Virus record (IMG/VR): IMGVR_UViG_2892966740_000006
Location: 1 to 64,000 of that record
Reading direction: 5' to 3' (one strand)
Length of the DNA: 64,000 nucleotides
Origin: a virus
Taxonomy: Duplodnaviria; Caudoviricetes
The translations under genes and the position numbers were made by a program. The notes beneath the pieces were generated by a model. It saw only the letters and a list, made by a program, of their open reading frames with translations, made no database searches and had not been told where the DNA came from. Numbering within the stretch: position 1 is the first letter of the stretch; each line of letters begins with the position of its first letter. This document shows, in pieces, positions 30,371 to 41,630 of this stretch.

Positions 30371-30789
30371 GCTTCAGTTCCTTTACCATGGCGGCGGGCA
30401 TCGATTTCCAGCCCGATCATCAACCGGCGCAGCTGGTCATCATCCAGCCATGCCACCTTCTCAACCTTGAACATGCGGAGCGCCATTCCATCGGCGTAGT
30501 CCCATGGCCGTTTCTGGTCAGCCAGCAGAGCCTCAACCTTGGCCATGTAGCGCTCGCGGTCATCTTGGGGCGTGGGACGTTTACCGATATTTCGCGCGGT
30601 CTTTTGCACAAATCCAAGGCGCTTCATTTCGGCCAGTACGTCATCCAGTTGCTGCAGGGTCAGCTTGGTACTGCTGGTCTTGCCTTCGGCCAGACGGGCG
30701 AGCATGGCCCGATAGCTGTCATCCGCCATCTGCAGCTGCTGCTTGGCGATATGAATCTTGGAGATCATCGCCTTGCGTCTATCGGTCAT
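30358..30789 (-). CDS. gemA: GemA (DUF1018)
   Basis: IHIAKQQL.M.DDSYRAML...GKTSS..L. Confidence 0.88.
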   Translation of the reverse strand: MTDRRKAMISKIHIAKQQLQMADDSYRAMLARLAEGKTSSTKLTLQQLDDVLAEMKRLGFVQKTARNIGKRPTPQDDRERYMAKVEALLADQKRPWDYADGMALRMFKVEKVAWLDDDQLRRLMIGLEIDARRHGKGTEAWEK

Positions 30790-30808
30790 TGTTCTTCTCC
30801 TGGTCAAA

Positions 30809-30900
30809 CTCAATGCACGCGTGACCGGCCATGCCGAGCTTTATCAGAGGACGGCACCCCAGTAAGTGGATCGGGGCTGGCCGGTCACGGCTGCATTGAG
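30809..30900 (-). ncRNA. unrecognised structured RNA, copy 1
   Basis: Long stem around a 39-nt core shared with 46489..46581. Confidence 0.65.
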
Positions 30901-30947
30901 GGTTAAAACACGTTGCGGAGCCTGTAACGCAGGCTCGACACCGGGTT

Positions 30948-31358
30948 CTAAGTGGTACTACTTCGTCGCCAGATGAAATCCAATTCGCTAGGGAGTACCC
31001 ATAAGTGCCGCATGTTTGCCACATTCACGACATCGCCGATTCGCGGGTATACCTCAATAGCATCGTTGCTGCCGTAGCCGACTCCATCCTTGATGTCCTG
31101 CAGCTCCTCCCAACTAATGCCATCGATCCAATGGCCATCGTTTCCCAGACAAGTACGGCACACAGACAGGCGCACAATGTCGTTCGGCTCGGCATAAAGC
31201 TGCACCATGAAGTCCTTGCTCCAGTAGACCGCGAAGGGGAAATTCCTCCCCTTGATTTCAGGCCACCGATCACGCGGGGCGGGTGTCAGTACGGCCGGTA
31301 GCGTAGCTACTAGCTCACGGTTTGCTTTTTGCCGTGCTCGTCGTTGTTCTCGGTTCAT
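30948..31358 (-). CDS. conserved phage hypothetical protein
   Basis: ISWEELQ.IK and EVYP...VVNVANMRHLW motifs. Confidence 0.7.
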   Translation of the reverse strand: MNREQRRARQKANRELVATLPAVLTPAPRDRWPEIKGRNFPFAVYWSKDFMVQLYAEPNDIVRLSVCRTCLGNDGHWIDGISWEELQDIKDGVGYGSNDAIEVYPRIGDVVNVANMRHLWVLPSELDFIWRRSSTT

Positions 31359-31367
31359 GCGGCACCA

Positions 31368-32076
31368 TCAAGAAAGTTGCGGGGTATGACCCAAGGACAG
31401 GGGTGTGTCAGCCGCTCCGCCAACTCCATGGTTAAGCTGGGCATCCTTGCCAGACTGATAACCGGCGTAATGTGCATTGTCATCACCACTACGGAGGCTT
31501 TTCCCGGCCTGACGGTCACGGGTGGCCAGACTCTCCAGATCCGCGTACTCCTTGGCCATGTAGGCTTTCAGAGCATCGGTATTGCGTTGGCTTCCAGCAA
31601 ATTTGGCGATCTTGCTGGCAACAGCATTCACCCAGCCTTCACAAAACAGATCAGCGCGACGGATACGGCTGGCGGGAATAAGTCGCTTGCATTCCCGTTT
31701 CTGATATTCAGCACGGGCTTTCTTGAGCTGACGCAGCAGCACTTTGTATGCGTAAGTGGCTATCTCTGGCGCAGGGCCATAGCCGATGAAGGTCCAATAG
31801 CCTGCAGACAGCGACCGGTTGAAGACAATTTCGCAACCAAAGGACTCTCCCACGGTGACGGCCAGCCAGCTTTCCCACTACACAGGCTTGGACTTGGCGC
31901 TAAGCCTTTACATGGTCTTTGCACACTTCAGACATCAGGATGTCGTCGTCTTCGACGCCAAACTTTTCCATCAGGGCTTGAGCCTGGCGCAGGGCGGCAG
32001 CGGCTTCATGCTCGTTGGCGCTCTTGGCCAGTGCCGGGCATTTTTTGATCTTTTCGATTGCGGACTTACGGTCCAT
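31368..32076 (-). CDS. DUF2786-like protein (fragmented)
   Basis: KIKKC.ALA.SANEHEAAAALRQA motif. Confidence 0.7.
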
Positions 32077-32324
32077 CACTCGTCCTCCTCTTCATCCGTG
32101 CAGGGCGTAACGCTGAAGGGGAGTTCCCCTAGTTGGGACAATGCGATTTGCAGGCCGACACGCATACCTTTGGCAATGTCGCTACCGGCTTTGATTTCAA
32201 TGTCAGCCAGCTTGATGTCGGCTTCTGGGTGATCCACGATGACTTGCAAGTTGGCAACACGGGATGCGTGCCAGCTTTGAAGCTGCTTGGTGAATTCAAT
32301 TACTTCGGGGTCGAAAGTTTGCAT
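32076..32324 (-). CDS. hypothetical protein
   Basis: RBS AAGGA; MQTFDPEV...LGELPF. Confidence 0.6.
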   Translation of the reverse strand: MQTFDPEVIEFTKQLQSWHASRVANLQVIVDHPEADIKLADIEIKAGSDIAKGMRVGLQIALSQLGELPFSVTPCTDEEEDE

Positions 32325-32339
32325 TGCTGTCCTTTGGCT

Positions 32340-32394
32340 GCTCATCAGTACCGGACCACCACGCCCGGCAGACCACCCTTGCGGGCGGTTTCGC
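32340..32394 (-). ncRNA. hammerhead ribozyme (type II topology)
   Basis: GC-GAAA-CCGCCC(GCAA)GGGTGG-TC^-TGCCGG(loop)CCGGTA-CTGATGA-GC. Confidence 0.85.
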
Positions 32395-32398
32395 TGGG

Positions 32399-32673
32399 TT
32401 AAGCGATGGCGTCTTTCAGTGCCTTGGATGGAGCAAAAACGACCTTGCGTTTGGCTTAAGCACTTGAATGGTTTCGCCGGTTTTCGGGTTGCGGCCGGAT
32501 CGAGCCGGAACATCCTTGACCTTGAACTTTCCGGTGCTGGCCAGCACGATCTCGCCGCCCTTGGCCAGTTCTTGATGGATTTCTTTTTCCAGTGCATCGA
32601 CAACGCGCAGAACGTCGGCTTTGGACAGGCCAGATTTTTCGGCCGTGGTGGTGATCAGTTCTTGTTTAGTCAT
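32399..32673 (-). CDS. HU-like DNA-binding protein
   Basis: MTKQELI and R.GRNPKTGE; repaired end VPAKRKVVFAPSKALKDAIA*. Confidence 0.9.
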
Positions 32674-32762
32674 GTTGAAGTCCCTTATCAGGTGAAAAAT
32701 TGAGTGTTTGGGAATGTTCCCGGTACGTAGGTTGCGAATCAGTAGCTTGTAATTGGCGAGGC

Positions 32763-33374
32763 TCATACCCCGGCAATATCCAGCGGAATCGGCACATACT
32801 GGTCTGCCTCGCCAACCCGCTCGTAGACGCGGATGTACGACTTGGAGCATTGCACCCGTACCGAGTCACTGAGGGCCGTCATGGCTCGTTGCCATTTCTC
32901 GTCCTGAATCTCCAGACGACGCAAACCGAGGATGCGGCCGGTTGAAATCTTTCCCTCCTTGTCGACGTTGAAGGCGTCATTGATCAAGGCACGGATCTCG
33001 CTACGTGCTCCCTCGGTCCACTCGTGCACGCACTCGTCGATTAGTGCTTTGGCCGCCTGCAGTCCCTCGTCAAACGTCAGCGTGTCGGATACGGCCCGCT
33101 TGATCTGGTAGCGACCATCAAAGGTGGTCAGGGTGGTATTGCCCTTGGCCCCGCCGACCTTGGCGCCATAACGCTCTGCCGACAGTTCGATAAAGGCCTG
33201 GATATCGGCAAAGGCCGTGGCCTTGAACGTAGCCAAATGTGCTTTGACCTCAACGGCTTTCTTGACGATTTCGCTCACCAGCTCATCACGGGCGATATCG
33301 ATGGGCTTGATGGTCTCGACCGGAATCAAACGCCCCTTGGCGTCCTTTTTGTATCCCTGCGGGATGGCATCCAT
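32763..33374 (-). CDS. DUF3164 family protein
   Basis: DAKGRLIP..TIKPID and GG.KGN.TL.TFDG motifs. Confidence 0.8.
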   Translation of the reverse strand: MDAIPQGYKKDAKGRLIPVETIKPIDIARDELVSEIVKKAVEVKAHLATFKATAFADIQAFIELSAERYGAKVGGAKGNTTLTTFDGRYQIKRAVSDTLTFDEGLQAAKALIDECVHEWTEGARSEIRALINDAFNVDKEGKISTGRILGLRRLEIQDEKWQRAMTALSDSVRVQCSKSYIRVYERVGEADQYVPIPLDIAGV

Positions 33375-33376
33375 GG

Positions 33377-34568
33377 TTATTTCCTCAGTCCTACTAGTTG
33401 TTTCACTTTGGCCAGTTCGGCCCGGTTCTTTTGCAGCCACTCCGGCGTCATCGCCACTTCATCGGCTGCCCGCCAAAATCTTTTTCGTGACGGCGGCGAT
33501 GGCGGTTTATCCGGTGGCGGCTCCGGTACCGGGGTGTCTGGTGGGCTAGGCTCGGGCTGTGGTGGCGCTGGGGCGGTGGCGACCACCGGTGTGGCAGAGG
33601 CCGCCAGCTCGTCCAGATAGTCATCCCACACAATGCGCCGGGCCTTCTTCCGGTCCATGCCCATGCCAACCAGACGCTCAACCTCTTCGGCCAACCTTGC
33701 CTTGGTCATGTCATCCAGCTCGCTGGCCTGCGTCATGCCAGCAACTCCCGTTGCGGCATGACTGGCTGTAACCGGTGCAAAAACTGGTACAGCTGATCGG
33801 TTTCATCCGGGCTAAGTACCGTCGTGCTGCCGTTCGTCAGGTCCAGATAAAGCCACCCGGCTTGATCCAACAGGCAGTTAAACGGCACGTCTTCTTTGGG
33901 CTTGGATGGCGACGGTTCTACCGGTTTCTTGCCCGACACATGCGAGGGGAATAGCACCTTGAAGCGTTCAGGTGCGCTCTCAAACAGCTCTACAGTGCCG
34001 TCATCACCAATGGAGCCAATCAACGGAATCGGGCTGCAGTCTGGAGCGCTCATGTCATCGTTTACGTTCCCATTCCCGGCTACTTCGGTATCCGTGTTGG
34101 AGTCGGCATGACGGGCCTGCTTGCTTTCCTTGGCGACGGACTGATCGGTATTGGAGACCCAATACCAGTGGCCATTGTCATGGCGTTTGACCTGATCCTT
34201 TTTGCGGTAGAACTGCAGGGCGGTGTTGACTGCTGCCGGTGAGCCGACCACTTGATCAACCAGTTGGGCCGATGTCATCCCGGTTTTGCCTACTCCCATC
34301 AATATCCGCTTAACCGGGCAGGAACGTTCTGCTTGTCATTCGGCTTGGCCTCCGCGACCACGTGCTTTCCGGGTCCGAACTGCCAGATCAGTTCGTTACC
34401 GACATCACGGCGGTTGACCTTGTTTTGGCTCTCAAGCTGCAACAGTGCTGACGTCAGTTCCATCACGCTATGCCCCAGCTGTTGTGCGAGTTCTTTGGTC
34501 GAGCGGCCATGTTTGTGTTCGGACAAGGCAGCCAGCACCTGCTGTTCAAGCACTTTTGCGTTCTCCAT
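33377..34568 (-). CDS. three early hypothetical/wHTH ORFs (33377..33736, 33733..34302, 34299..34568)
   Basis: Tightly coupled ORFs in the semi-essential region. Confidence 0.55.
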
Positions 34569-34569
34569 G

Positions 34570-34962
34570 TCACTGCACCTCAACGCAGGCGGGTTTGCCG
34601 GTCAGCATCGTGTTGACTCCAACCGAGGTCTCGACCAGATCCGTCGCCACCTTCCCGACGTTGACCATCAACTCACGGCAACGGTTAGCCATATCCAGCA
34701 ACTCCTTGGCATCCAGTTCCTTCAGCAGAATGGCGCGGATCACGTCGGCGTTTTCCGGGGTGATGAGGGTGATATCAATGCCCAGCTCGTGGCGAAGGCG
34801 TACCATCTCATCGACCTGTGCCGGGGCTTTGCGGCCGCTTTCATAGCGGGAGCCGCCGGACTGGGTGACTTTGACCGCACTCCAGAAATCTGATTGATTC
34901 AGGCCAAGGGCACGGCGCATGGCGCGGTAGTCACGTTTTACGGTTTGTTCTTGCATGGTCAT
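34570..34962 (-). CDS. XRE-type HTH protein
   Basis: RRALGLNQSDFW..V.VTQSGGSRYESGR. Confidence 0.8.
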   Translation of the reverse strand: MTMQEQTVKRDYRAMRRALGLNQSDFWSAVKVTQSGGSRYESGRKAPAQVDEMVRLRHELGIDITLITPENADVIRAILLKELDAKELLDMANRCRELMVNVGKVATDLVETSVGVNTMLTGKPACVEVQ

Positions 34963-34969
34963 CTCCTGA

Positions 34970-36220
34970 TTAATTTCCGATTTCTGTCCAAACGATGCGG
35001 CAACCGCCCAGCTGGAACTGTCCTTCGCGGTACTGGCCCACACGCTCACGCTTGCCAAAACTGAAGTACACCGCTTCGCCCTTGGCGATCAGGGTGTGGC
35101 ACTGGCCACTGGTCTGAATGCGAATGGTCGGACGGGATACGCTCTTCAACTCCACATCGGTGACCGTGAAGCCGTTCTCGCTCAACGCTTCAATGGCGCG
35201 GGCCGCTTTATGCGTGGCATCCAGCAACGCCGCATTAACCTGCCGGGTTGAATGGGTACGTAAATGGGTCGTGCTCATTAACATGGTCAGTCTCCTTTGC
35301 AGCAGTTTTTGCACTGTCGGCAGGCTCGCCAGTGGCTGAGTTTTAACGGGTGGTGAGTGGGGGCGCGGCTACTGCTGAAAGCCCGGCAATCGGCCATCGT
35401 CATGTCAGCGCCATTGAATGGGCAGATCACACGGGCCAGTACCGCGAGCACTTTTTTCTCAACGGCGTCGGTTTTGCCAGCATATTTCCCGGCCAGTACC
35501 AGGGCTGACCGTAGAGCGCGAGTAGCCCAGCGCGTCGGCCACCGGTTTCTGCCCGCGTTCGGCCACCGCTTCCCGCAGGATTTCCAGCCAGTCAGCAGTC
35601 ATGATCAGGCTCCTCTTGCCAGACCACTTTCCCCAGATTCGGGTCATAGACCGTCTTGGTGCGCTGGATCATCGGTGGGCGCGGGCCGGAGTTGCGGGCC
35701 GGGTTGAAGCGATAGCGGGTGGGGATGCCACCGGCGCCCTTGCCATGGCCCTTGGTCACGGTAATCAGATAACCCGCTGCTGACAGGTGCTTGACGTATG
35801 CCTTGGCGGTTTCGGTCGCGACGGTGACTTCGGAAGAACTGGATAGCGCGGCCAGCTCATGAAACGTGAAGTCACGGATCATCCGCATGGTTCGCCACAT
35901 CGATTCATTCGCCAGCCCTTGGGTGACCGGCTTGCCATCACGGGTCAGGCGAGGCGCTTCGATTCCCTTATCCACAGCCAGCTTCCAGCGCTTCTCGGTA
36001 TGACCAGATGCCTCCTGAATGACCTCAATGATTCCGGCCTTGGTCAGCGACCGCAGATAGGTCTTCGCCGTATCGATATCGGTATCGGCTTTGGCGGCCA
36101 CGTCGATGACCGTGAAGTCGTCACGTTTTTTACGGATAGCCTCCCAAAGTCTCTGACGCCCCCCTTACCCCCCACCAGTTCAAGGTGAGCCGCGCGACGC
36201 GGATTTAGTGGTGCCCCCAT
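34970..36220 (-). CDS. three conserved Mu-like early ORFs after B (34970..35284, HTH 35287..35602, wHTH 35592..36220)
   Basis: GCRIVW, LGYSRSTVS..LAGKY and NSGPRPPMIQRTK.VYDPN motifs. Confidence 0.65.
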
Positions 36221-36221
36221 C

Positions 36222-36935
36222 TCAGTTCCTCTTCGGTGCGTCGCCGGTATACAGCGGGTTAGTGCCCCATGTAGCCCGGTCAATCGCATCCAGCCCGTGC
36301 AGCATCGCGTATTCATGGAGGTTGACCAGGTTGACGCACACCCGGCGGACCGAGCCGTGAGCCAGATCTACCACGTAGGCCAGCAAGTCCTCAGCGATGG
36401 CGACCTGTGGGCTGTAAATCGGAACCAGTTTCGCCGCGTCAGCCATCGTCACCGGCTGGGCCGGTACCCATGCCAGCACCCGGCCGTGAAAGCGTTCAAA
36501 CTTCTTCAGCTTGGTCGGCAGCATTTCTTCACCGACCAGCATCAGCGGCGCCTGGCTGCCTTCGTAAATGTCGCGCAACAGTTCCACCATGCCCGGTCGG
36601 CTGGCAGCGTGGTCAGCTTCGTCCAGGATCAGCGGCCGCTGGCTGGTGCTCATCTGCTCGCAGATCAGATCAAGGTTGGCCGATACCGTGGAGGCCGGAC
36701 GCATGCCCATTTCAAAGGCGATTTTTTCCAGCAGCGCTTTTTTTCCCAGTGCACTACGCATCTGGACGTAATAAGCGCGGGTTTCATTGGACACCGCCAC
36801 GATGGTGGTGGTCTTGCCGTAACCACTGGGGCCGTAGTACACGCCGAGGCCCGGCAGGCCATCTTGGCGATTGATCAGCTTGCTCATCGCAATGCTGACC
36901 AAATCGAGGTTGGCAATCGGTGCAATCTTGTTCAC
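36222..36935 (-). CDS. MuB-like transposition ATPase
   Basis: Walker A GPSGYGKT; Walker B LILDEAD. Confidence 0.92.
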   Translation of the reverse strand: MNKIAPIANLDLVSIAMSKLINRQDGLPGLGVYYGPSGYGKTTTIVAVSNETRAYYVQMRSALGKKALLEKIAFEMGMRPASTVSANLDLICEQMSTSQRPLILDEADHAASRPGMVELLRDIYEGSQAPLMLVGEEMLPTKLKKFERFHGRVLAWVPAQPVTMADAAKLVPIYSPQVAIAEDLLAYVVDLAHGSVRRVCVNLVNLHEYAMLHGLDAIDRATWGTNPLYTGDAPKRN

Positions 36936-36946
36936 GGTTCAAACTC

Positions 36947-39073
36947 CTATCGACGACTCAAGGTCTTGTATTCGTTGGTGTGGGTGTATTTGTTCAGTAC
37001 CCAATCCAGTTCACGCTCGCTGAGGCATTCGCCCCGTCCATGGCGATCACGTAGCGTGCAGAAATAGCGGTAACGGGCCTCCGGGCTGTCCGGGATGGAC
37101 AGCACATTGCTCGGCAAGACGGTTTCAACGGGTACGGTCGGCGGTACCACCTGCAAGGTGGGTTTGTCGGTCAGAGGCTCGACCGGTTTTTCCGCGTGTT
37201 CGGCCCGAACCTTGGCAGCGGCTTCGGCCAACTGCTCACGGGTACCAAACACCACGCCGGGGATAACGATTTCCTTTTGGGCCTCAATGGTAAACTGGCC
37301 ACGGCGTTCGGCTTCCACTTCTTCCAGATGCGCTTGCAGGCGGTCAGCGCGGGCATCGGCGCGTTTCTCTCGGGCACGCTCAATGACAGAAACCGGGAAG
37401 TAACTGCGGACATTCGCATTCCATTCGGCCGTGCAAATTAGCCTGCCATCGTCGGCATAAACCCATACCGGCTGGCGTCATTCACGTCATAGCCAATGCG
37501 CAGCTGTTCACCGTGAAATTCCTCCAGCTCACGGCTGAAATAGCGGTTGCCATACAGTTGTATTTCGCCCCGGCGAATAACCCGTTCGACTTGCGGCCGA
37601 AACAGATAGGCGTCTTCACCCGGCTTCAACGTATGAGGTTCCCAGCCAAGAGCAATAAACTCGGCCAGTTTCATATCCGGGCTAATGCCATTCAGGCTGG
37701 AATGAGGACGGGCGTTGTAATCCGCGATGCGCTGATTAATGAATTCGATAAATTGCGGCCAACTGATCAAATTAACGGTGCCACCGGTTTTGACGGCTTT
37801 ACGGGTAATCTTGAATTGAGCCAGTTTGGCTTCACGGTCCATATCAACGCCGATATAGCTTTGCAACTCGCGGGCGGCACGAACAAATACCGACTGGTGC
37901 AAACGTTCCACGGCGCCTTTGGCCTGCGAGTTATACGGTTTGGCAAAGTGCATTTCCGCACCTAGCCGTCCCATAATCCCGGTCGATTCATTTCGCAGCA
38001 GGTCGTTTTTGTAACCAGAGCCGTTATCGACATAAAAGATCGCCATAACGCCTTCACGCGTTACCGCATGGGTAATGGCATCCAGTACGGCTAGTGATGA
38101 TTCCGCCAGCCCGACACTCCATCCCACGATACGGCGGGTGGCCACATCGATAATGGCGGTGATTTCCGGGCGAAAAGGCTTACCATGGAACGGATGTTGA
38201 ACCTCGGCATCAAAGGTGTGCCCATCAGCGGTCCAGACGTCGTTCGGCAGCAGATCAGAGATATCGCGGCGGACGAACGGCTTGATATTCTTCATCTCAC
38301 GCGGGCCGATCCGACCGGTTTGGCGGCTGACGTTCCCCAGCTTGCCAATGAAGCGGCGCACCTGATGGATCGAGGGTAGATCCTCCGGGCTTCCGGCCCA
38401 CTCTCGTCTGAACTGCTCATAGGAATGCGTCACGTTCGGTTTGCTGGGCAACTGCCAGAGTCGCAGGAAGGCGGCGGCCCATTCCGGCACATCCAGTAAC
38501 GCCGTCATGGCGGTTTTAGGCGCCAGATGGCCTTCTTTTTCCAAGGCACGCCAGCCTTTGATGGTACGAATGGAGGGATAGGGACCATTCAAGCCCTTGC
38601 GGCCACGTCCGTCATGGGCAGCGCGGAGCATCATGTCCAGATGCGGGTCCAGCATCCCGGCCTTGGCCTGCGTTAAAAGCGTGTGAATCGCCGCCTCACG
38701 GCTCACGCCACACCCCGCCATCAAACGCTCAATGGCCACCAAGACCCCCTTGCGGGCACCTTCTACCGTCTGCTGACGGCTGGTCAGCGCCAATTCCAGC
38801 TGCTGTTCCTTGGTTTTAACGGCGGGCAGTGCCACGACCGGGGCAGAAACCAGCTTCGTAACCAAGCGATCCTTAATTGCCTTGATTGCTTCATCCGGCA
38901 GGCTGGTGAGGGCGTATTCGTACCCGCCACCGCGCCCTTGGCGTTTTTTTGATTCCCATAGTTCGGTTTTTGCCCGGATTCCAATTCCTTGGATGGTTCC
39001 GGTGCAGCCCCGGCAGCTTCAGGTCAGCCAACTCGGCGGCGCTGTAATGGGTTTTAAGTTCGGTCTGGCTCAT
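36947..39073 (-). CDS. MuA-like DDE transposase (three fragments)
   Basis: HYSAAELA.L.LPG N-terminus; WTADGHTFD, YVDNGSGY and AKGAVER motifs. Confidence 0.92.
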
Positions 39074-39171
39074 GCCCAAACCCCTTGTTGGGTGAGGACT
39101 CTGCCAATCTGGGTAGAATGGCGATGCAGGCCGCAAACTTGCATGTCATCAACCTTCATTGGAGAGCCCCC

Positions 39172-39471
39172 ATGGAAGACAAAGAATTGATAGCTACACT
39201 TGAGAATCGGGATGAAAACTTTGTTGCGCTGCGGGAAGCGTTTGTGGCGCTTGCTCATTCGCTCGCTCATCAAGGGATTCTTGACCTGGATGTTTTTCGG
39301 AAAGAGATGAAAGCCGCTGCAAATCATCTTCAGACCACTGCCGACGAACCAAAGGCGGCAGTTCTTTTGGAAAGCTTTTCAACAAACCTTCTCGCAGACC
39401 TTGAGAACAAAAGGGACATTGCTGCCGCTCGGCGTAAACGGGATCTTTCTCGTTCTCAGCAGGAGGATTGA
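39172..39471 (+). CDS. opposite-strand hypothetical protein
   Basis: RBS GGAG; 99-aa helical ORF. Confidence 0.55.
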   Translation: MEDKELIATLENRDENFVALREAFVALAHSLAHQGILDLDVFRKEMKAAANHLQTTADEPKAAVLLESFSTNLLADLENKRDIAAARRKRDLSRSQQED

Positions 39472-39606
39472 TACGCGCTGACAAAATTTGTTGAGCATGT
39501 AGCTGTGCTCGACGATCTAAGAGAATCTGTTTCTTCTCTGCTTTCTCAGAAAGAAAATCCGCAGAGAAAATGACGACCCCATCAACAATCTTTGTTGGTT
39601 GGTTTT

Positions 39607-40089
39607 TCATGTCATATCTCCAAACAGTTCAAGCTCTGGTTTGCTGGCCTTCATCACGTTCTCGCGGTGATAGGCCACTTCAGACAAGGTGCGAGTAAGC
39701 GAAGAAACGGTTTCTTCCAGTCCTGACCCATCCTGATAAAACCGTGCTAACAGCGAGATGGCTGCGGCGGCGTTGGCTTGCAGTTCGGCAACATCCGTCA
39801 CGCTGGCTTTACGTCCTGCCGGGATAGCGATTACCACCTTGTTGCCATGGGCCAGACAGAGGTGCTCGCTGACGAATGAAGCACCGGCGAAATACTCAAA
39901 CTGACGAACGCGGTTAAGGGGAATGGAGCTGTCAGCTAACCAGCGGTAATAGGTCTTGAGTTCAACGCCCATCAGGTCAGCCATCACCTTGGCTGGGCGG
40001 CGTAAAACCTCGCTGGCGTGATCGGCACATAGCTCAATCGCCTCATCCAGACTCGAAGGTCTTGCCGACTTCCAGTTGCGTTTTCTCAT
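39607..40089 (-). CDS. conserved Mu-like early regulator
   Basis: HTH-like MADLMGVELKTYYRWL. Confidence 0.65.
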   Translation of the reverse strand: MRKRNWKSARPSSLDEAIELCADHASEVLRRPAKVMADLMGVELKTYYRWLADSSIPLNRVRQFEYFAGASFVSEHLCLAHGNKVVIAIPAGRKASVTDVAELQANAAAAISLLARFYQDGSGLEETVSSLTRTLSEVAYHRENVMKASKPELELFGDMT

Positions 40090-40149
40090 GATGGTTTTCC
40101 TTGCTTCGGGAAACGTAAGGCTGGTGCGCTGTCGCGCTTCCACCTACGC

Positions 40150-40446
40150 TTACTCCATGACAACAGGGCAATTTGCAGTGCCAGAAGGCACCGAAGGGAA
40201 AACCGGCTTAAAATGGCGATGCTCGTAACGGCTTGGCCAAATGGTTTCTGGCTTTACACCGATAGCAGCGGCGATAATTCGCTCGGCTTTCGGCCAAGGA
40301 CGATCAAGCGCATTGTTCAGTGCAGAAGGACTCATTCCTGCCGCGATGGACAGCTTGCGGATCGACCAGCTCCTTACGAACTTCCGCCACGATGTCCGCC
40401 CTGTGCCAATCAACGGCGGCTTTTTTTCGGGTTGCATTGTGCTCAT
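40150..40446 (-). CDS. ner: Ner-like repressor (frameshift errors)
   Basis: DWHRADIVA and L.RPWPKAERIIA.AIG..PETIWPSRY. Confidence 0.88.
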   Translation of the reverse strand: MSTMQPEKKPPLIGTGRTSWRKFVRSWSIRKLSIAAGMSPSALNNALDRPWPKAERIIAAAIGVKPETIWPSRYEHRHFKPVFPSVPSGTANCPVVME

Positions 40447-40600
40447 TCCTTAATCTATTTCGGTGATTAGGTGAGCACATGGTATGACCAAATGGGTTCA
40501 AAGTAAACATGAAAGAGGTCATTTTCATGTTCAAAACAAACTCAAGTGTTGCCATTTTGCAAACCTGTGAATTTGTTTGCTTAAAATTCAAAGGCTTAAC

Positions 40601-41403
40601 ATGAACTATAAAGCTGATAAAAATCCCATTGATCAACTTTCAAGTTCGAGCCGTGAACCTGAAAGTTCAGACTTTCACCAGCGGCTAGCTTCGCTACTAC
40701 CCTCATTTAAGAGTGTTCGTGCTTTTGCTATTGCATCTGGGGTATCGCAAACAGGTTTGCAGAGATTGATTAATGGTGGTGAGCCGACTCTGTCCACCTT
40801 GGTTTCATTGGCTAAAGCAGGTGGCGTGTCTGTTGAGTGGCTTGCGACAGGCGAAGGTACAAGGATGCTAGACAGCGATGCGTCTACGACTGGATCGTTC
40901 GCAACTAATGAGCCAATCGCCCACTATGCCGTCGGCCCATCGACCTCACAGGTAATGGATACGCAGGGGAACCCGGTATGCTTGGAGGAGTTCGCCTTCA
41001 TTCCGCGCTACAACCTGAAGGCATCGGCAGGCTACGGAGCAAGCACAGACGGCGAGAAACCGCTGTTTACCATGGCTTTCCGCAAGTATTGGATAGACAA
41101 CTATCTGCGGTGCCAGCCTAGTGACCTGTCGGTTATCTCGGTGAAGGGTGACTCAATGGAGGGTGTGCTGAACGACCGCGACGTCATCCTCATTAACCAT
41201 ACCGACAATGATCCTGGTACGGGTCTGTACGTCCTGCGTATGGATGGCGATCTGATCGTGAAGCGCGTGCAGCGCATTCCGGTGGCAAGATCAAGGTAAC
41301 CAGTGCGAATACGGCCTACGAGCCTTTTGAAGTCGATCTGGCCAACTTGCCTAACGACTTCTCCATCATCGGCCGTGTCGTGTGGTTTGGGCGCCAAATT
41401 TAA
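40601..41403 (+). CDS. prophage repressor (HTH plus S24 peptidase)
   Basis: VKGDSMEG and LIVKRVQ; repaired end IIGRVVWFGRQI*. Confidence 0.9.
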
Positions 41404-41565
41404 CGGCTAGGTGTATTGGTACGTGTGAAGTATCGATCTGATGCCAATGCAAAAAAACCGCGAAACGCGCTACTTTAGGCGTTAATCGCGGTTTTCTTTT
41501 GCAGGTTTTAAAATTTGCATGTCGCCCGGCCTGAATCGGCCTGAAATCCAAGCCTGGCGCGGATT

Positions 41566-41630
41566 ATCCCGCATCATCCCGGCTCATCCCACAGACTATC
41601 CCCCTGTGCAATTCACCTCACCACACCACA
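41566..41630. repeat. Mu-like left end with periodic ATCCC repeats
   Basis: ATCCC at 41566, 41576, 41586 and 41598; terminal CA at 41630. Confidence 0.6.

Larger units (their letters stand above)
311..41630 (-). mobile_element. complete Mu-like transposable prophage with a siphovirus-type tail
   Basis: TG...CA ends, 5-bp TSD, gene order c-ner-A-B-...-gemA-mor/C-lysis-terminase-portal-F-G-I-capsid-tail. Confidence 0.97.

Noticed and set aside
30838-30876. Shared motif as a hammerhead or SAM-I riboswitch
   Set aside because: CTGATAA lacks G8 and has no GAAA partner or stem I; the resemblance to SAM-I is limited to a few bases.
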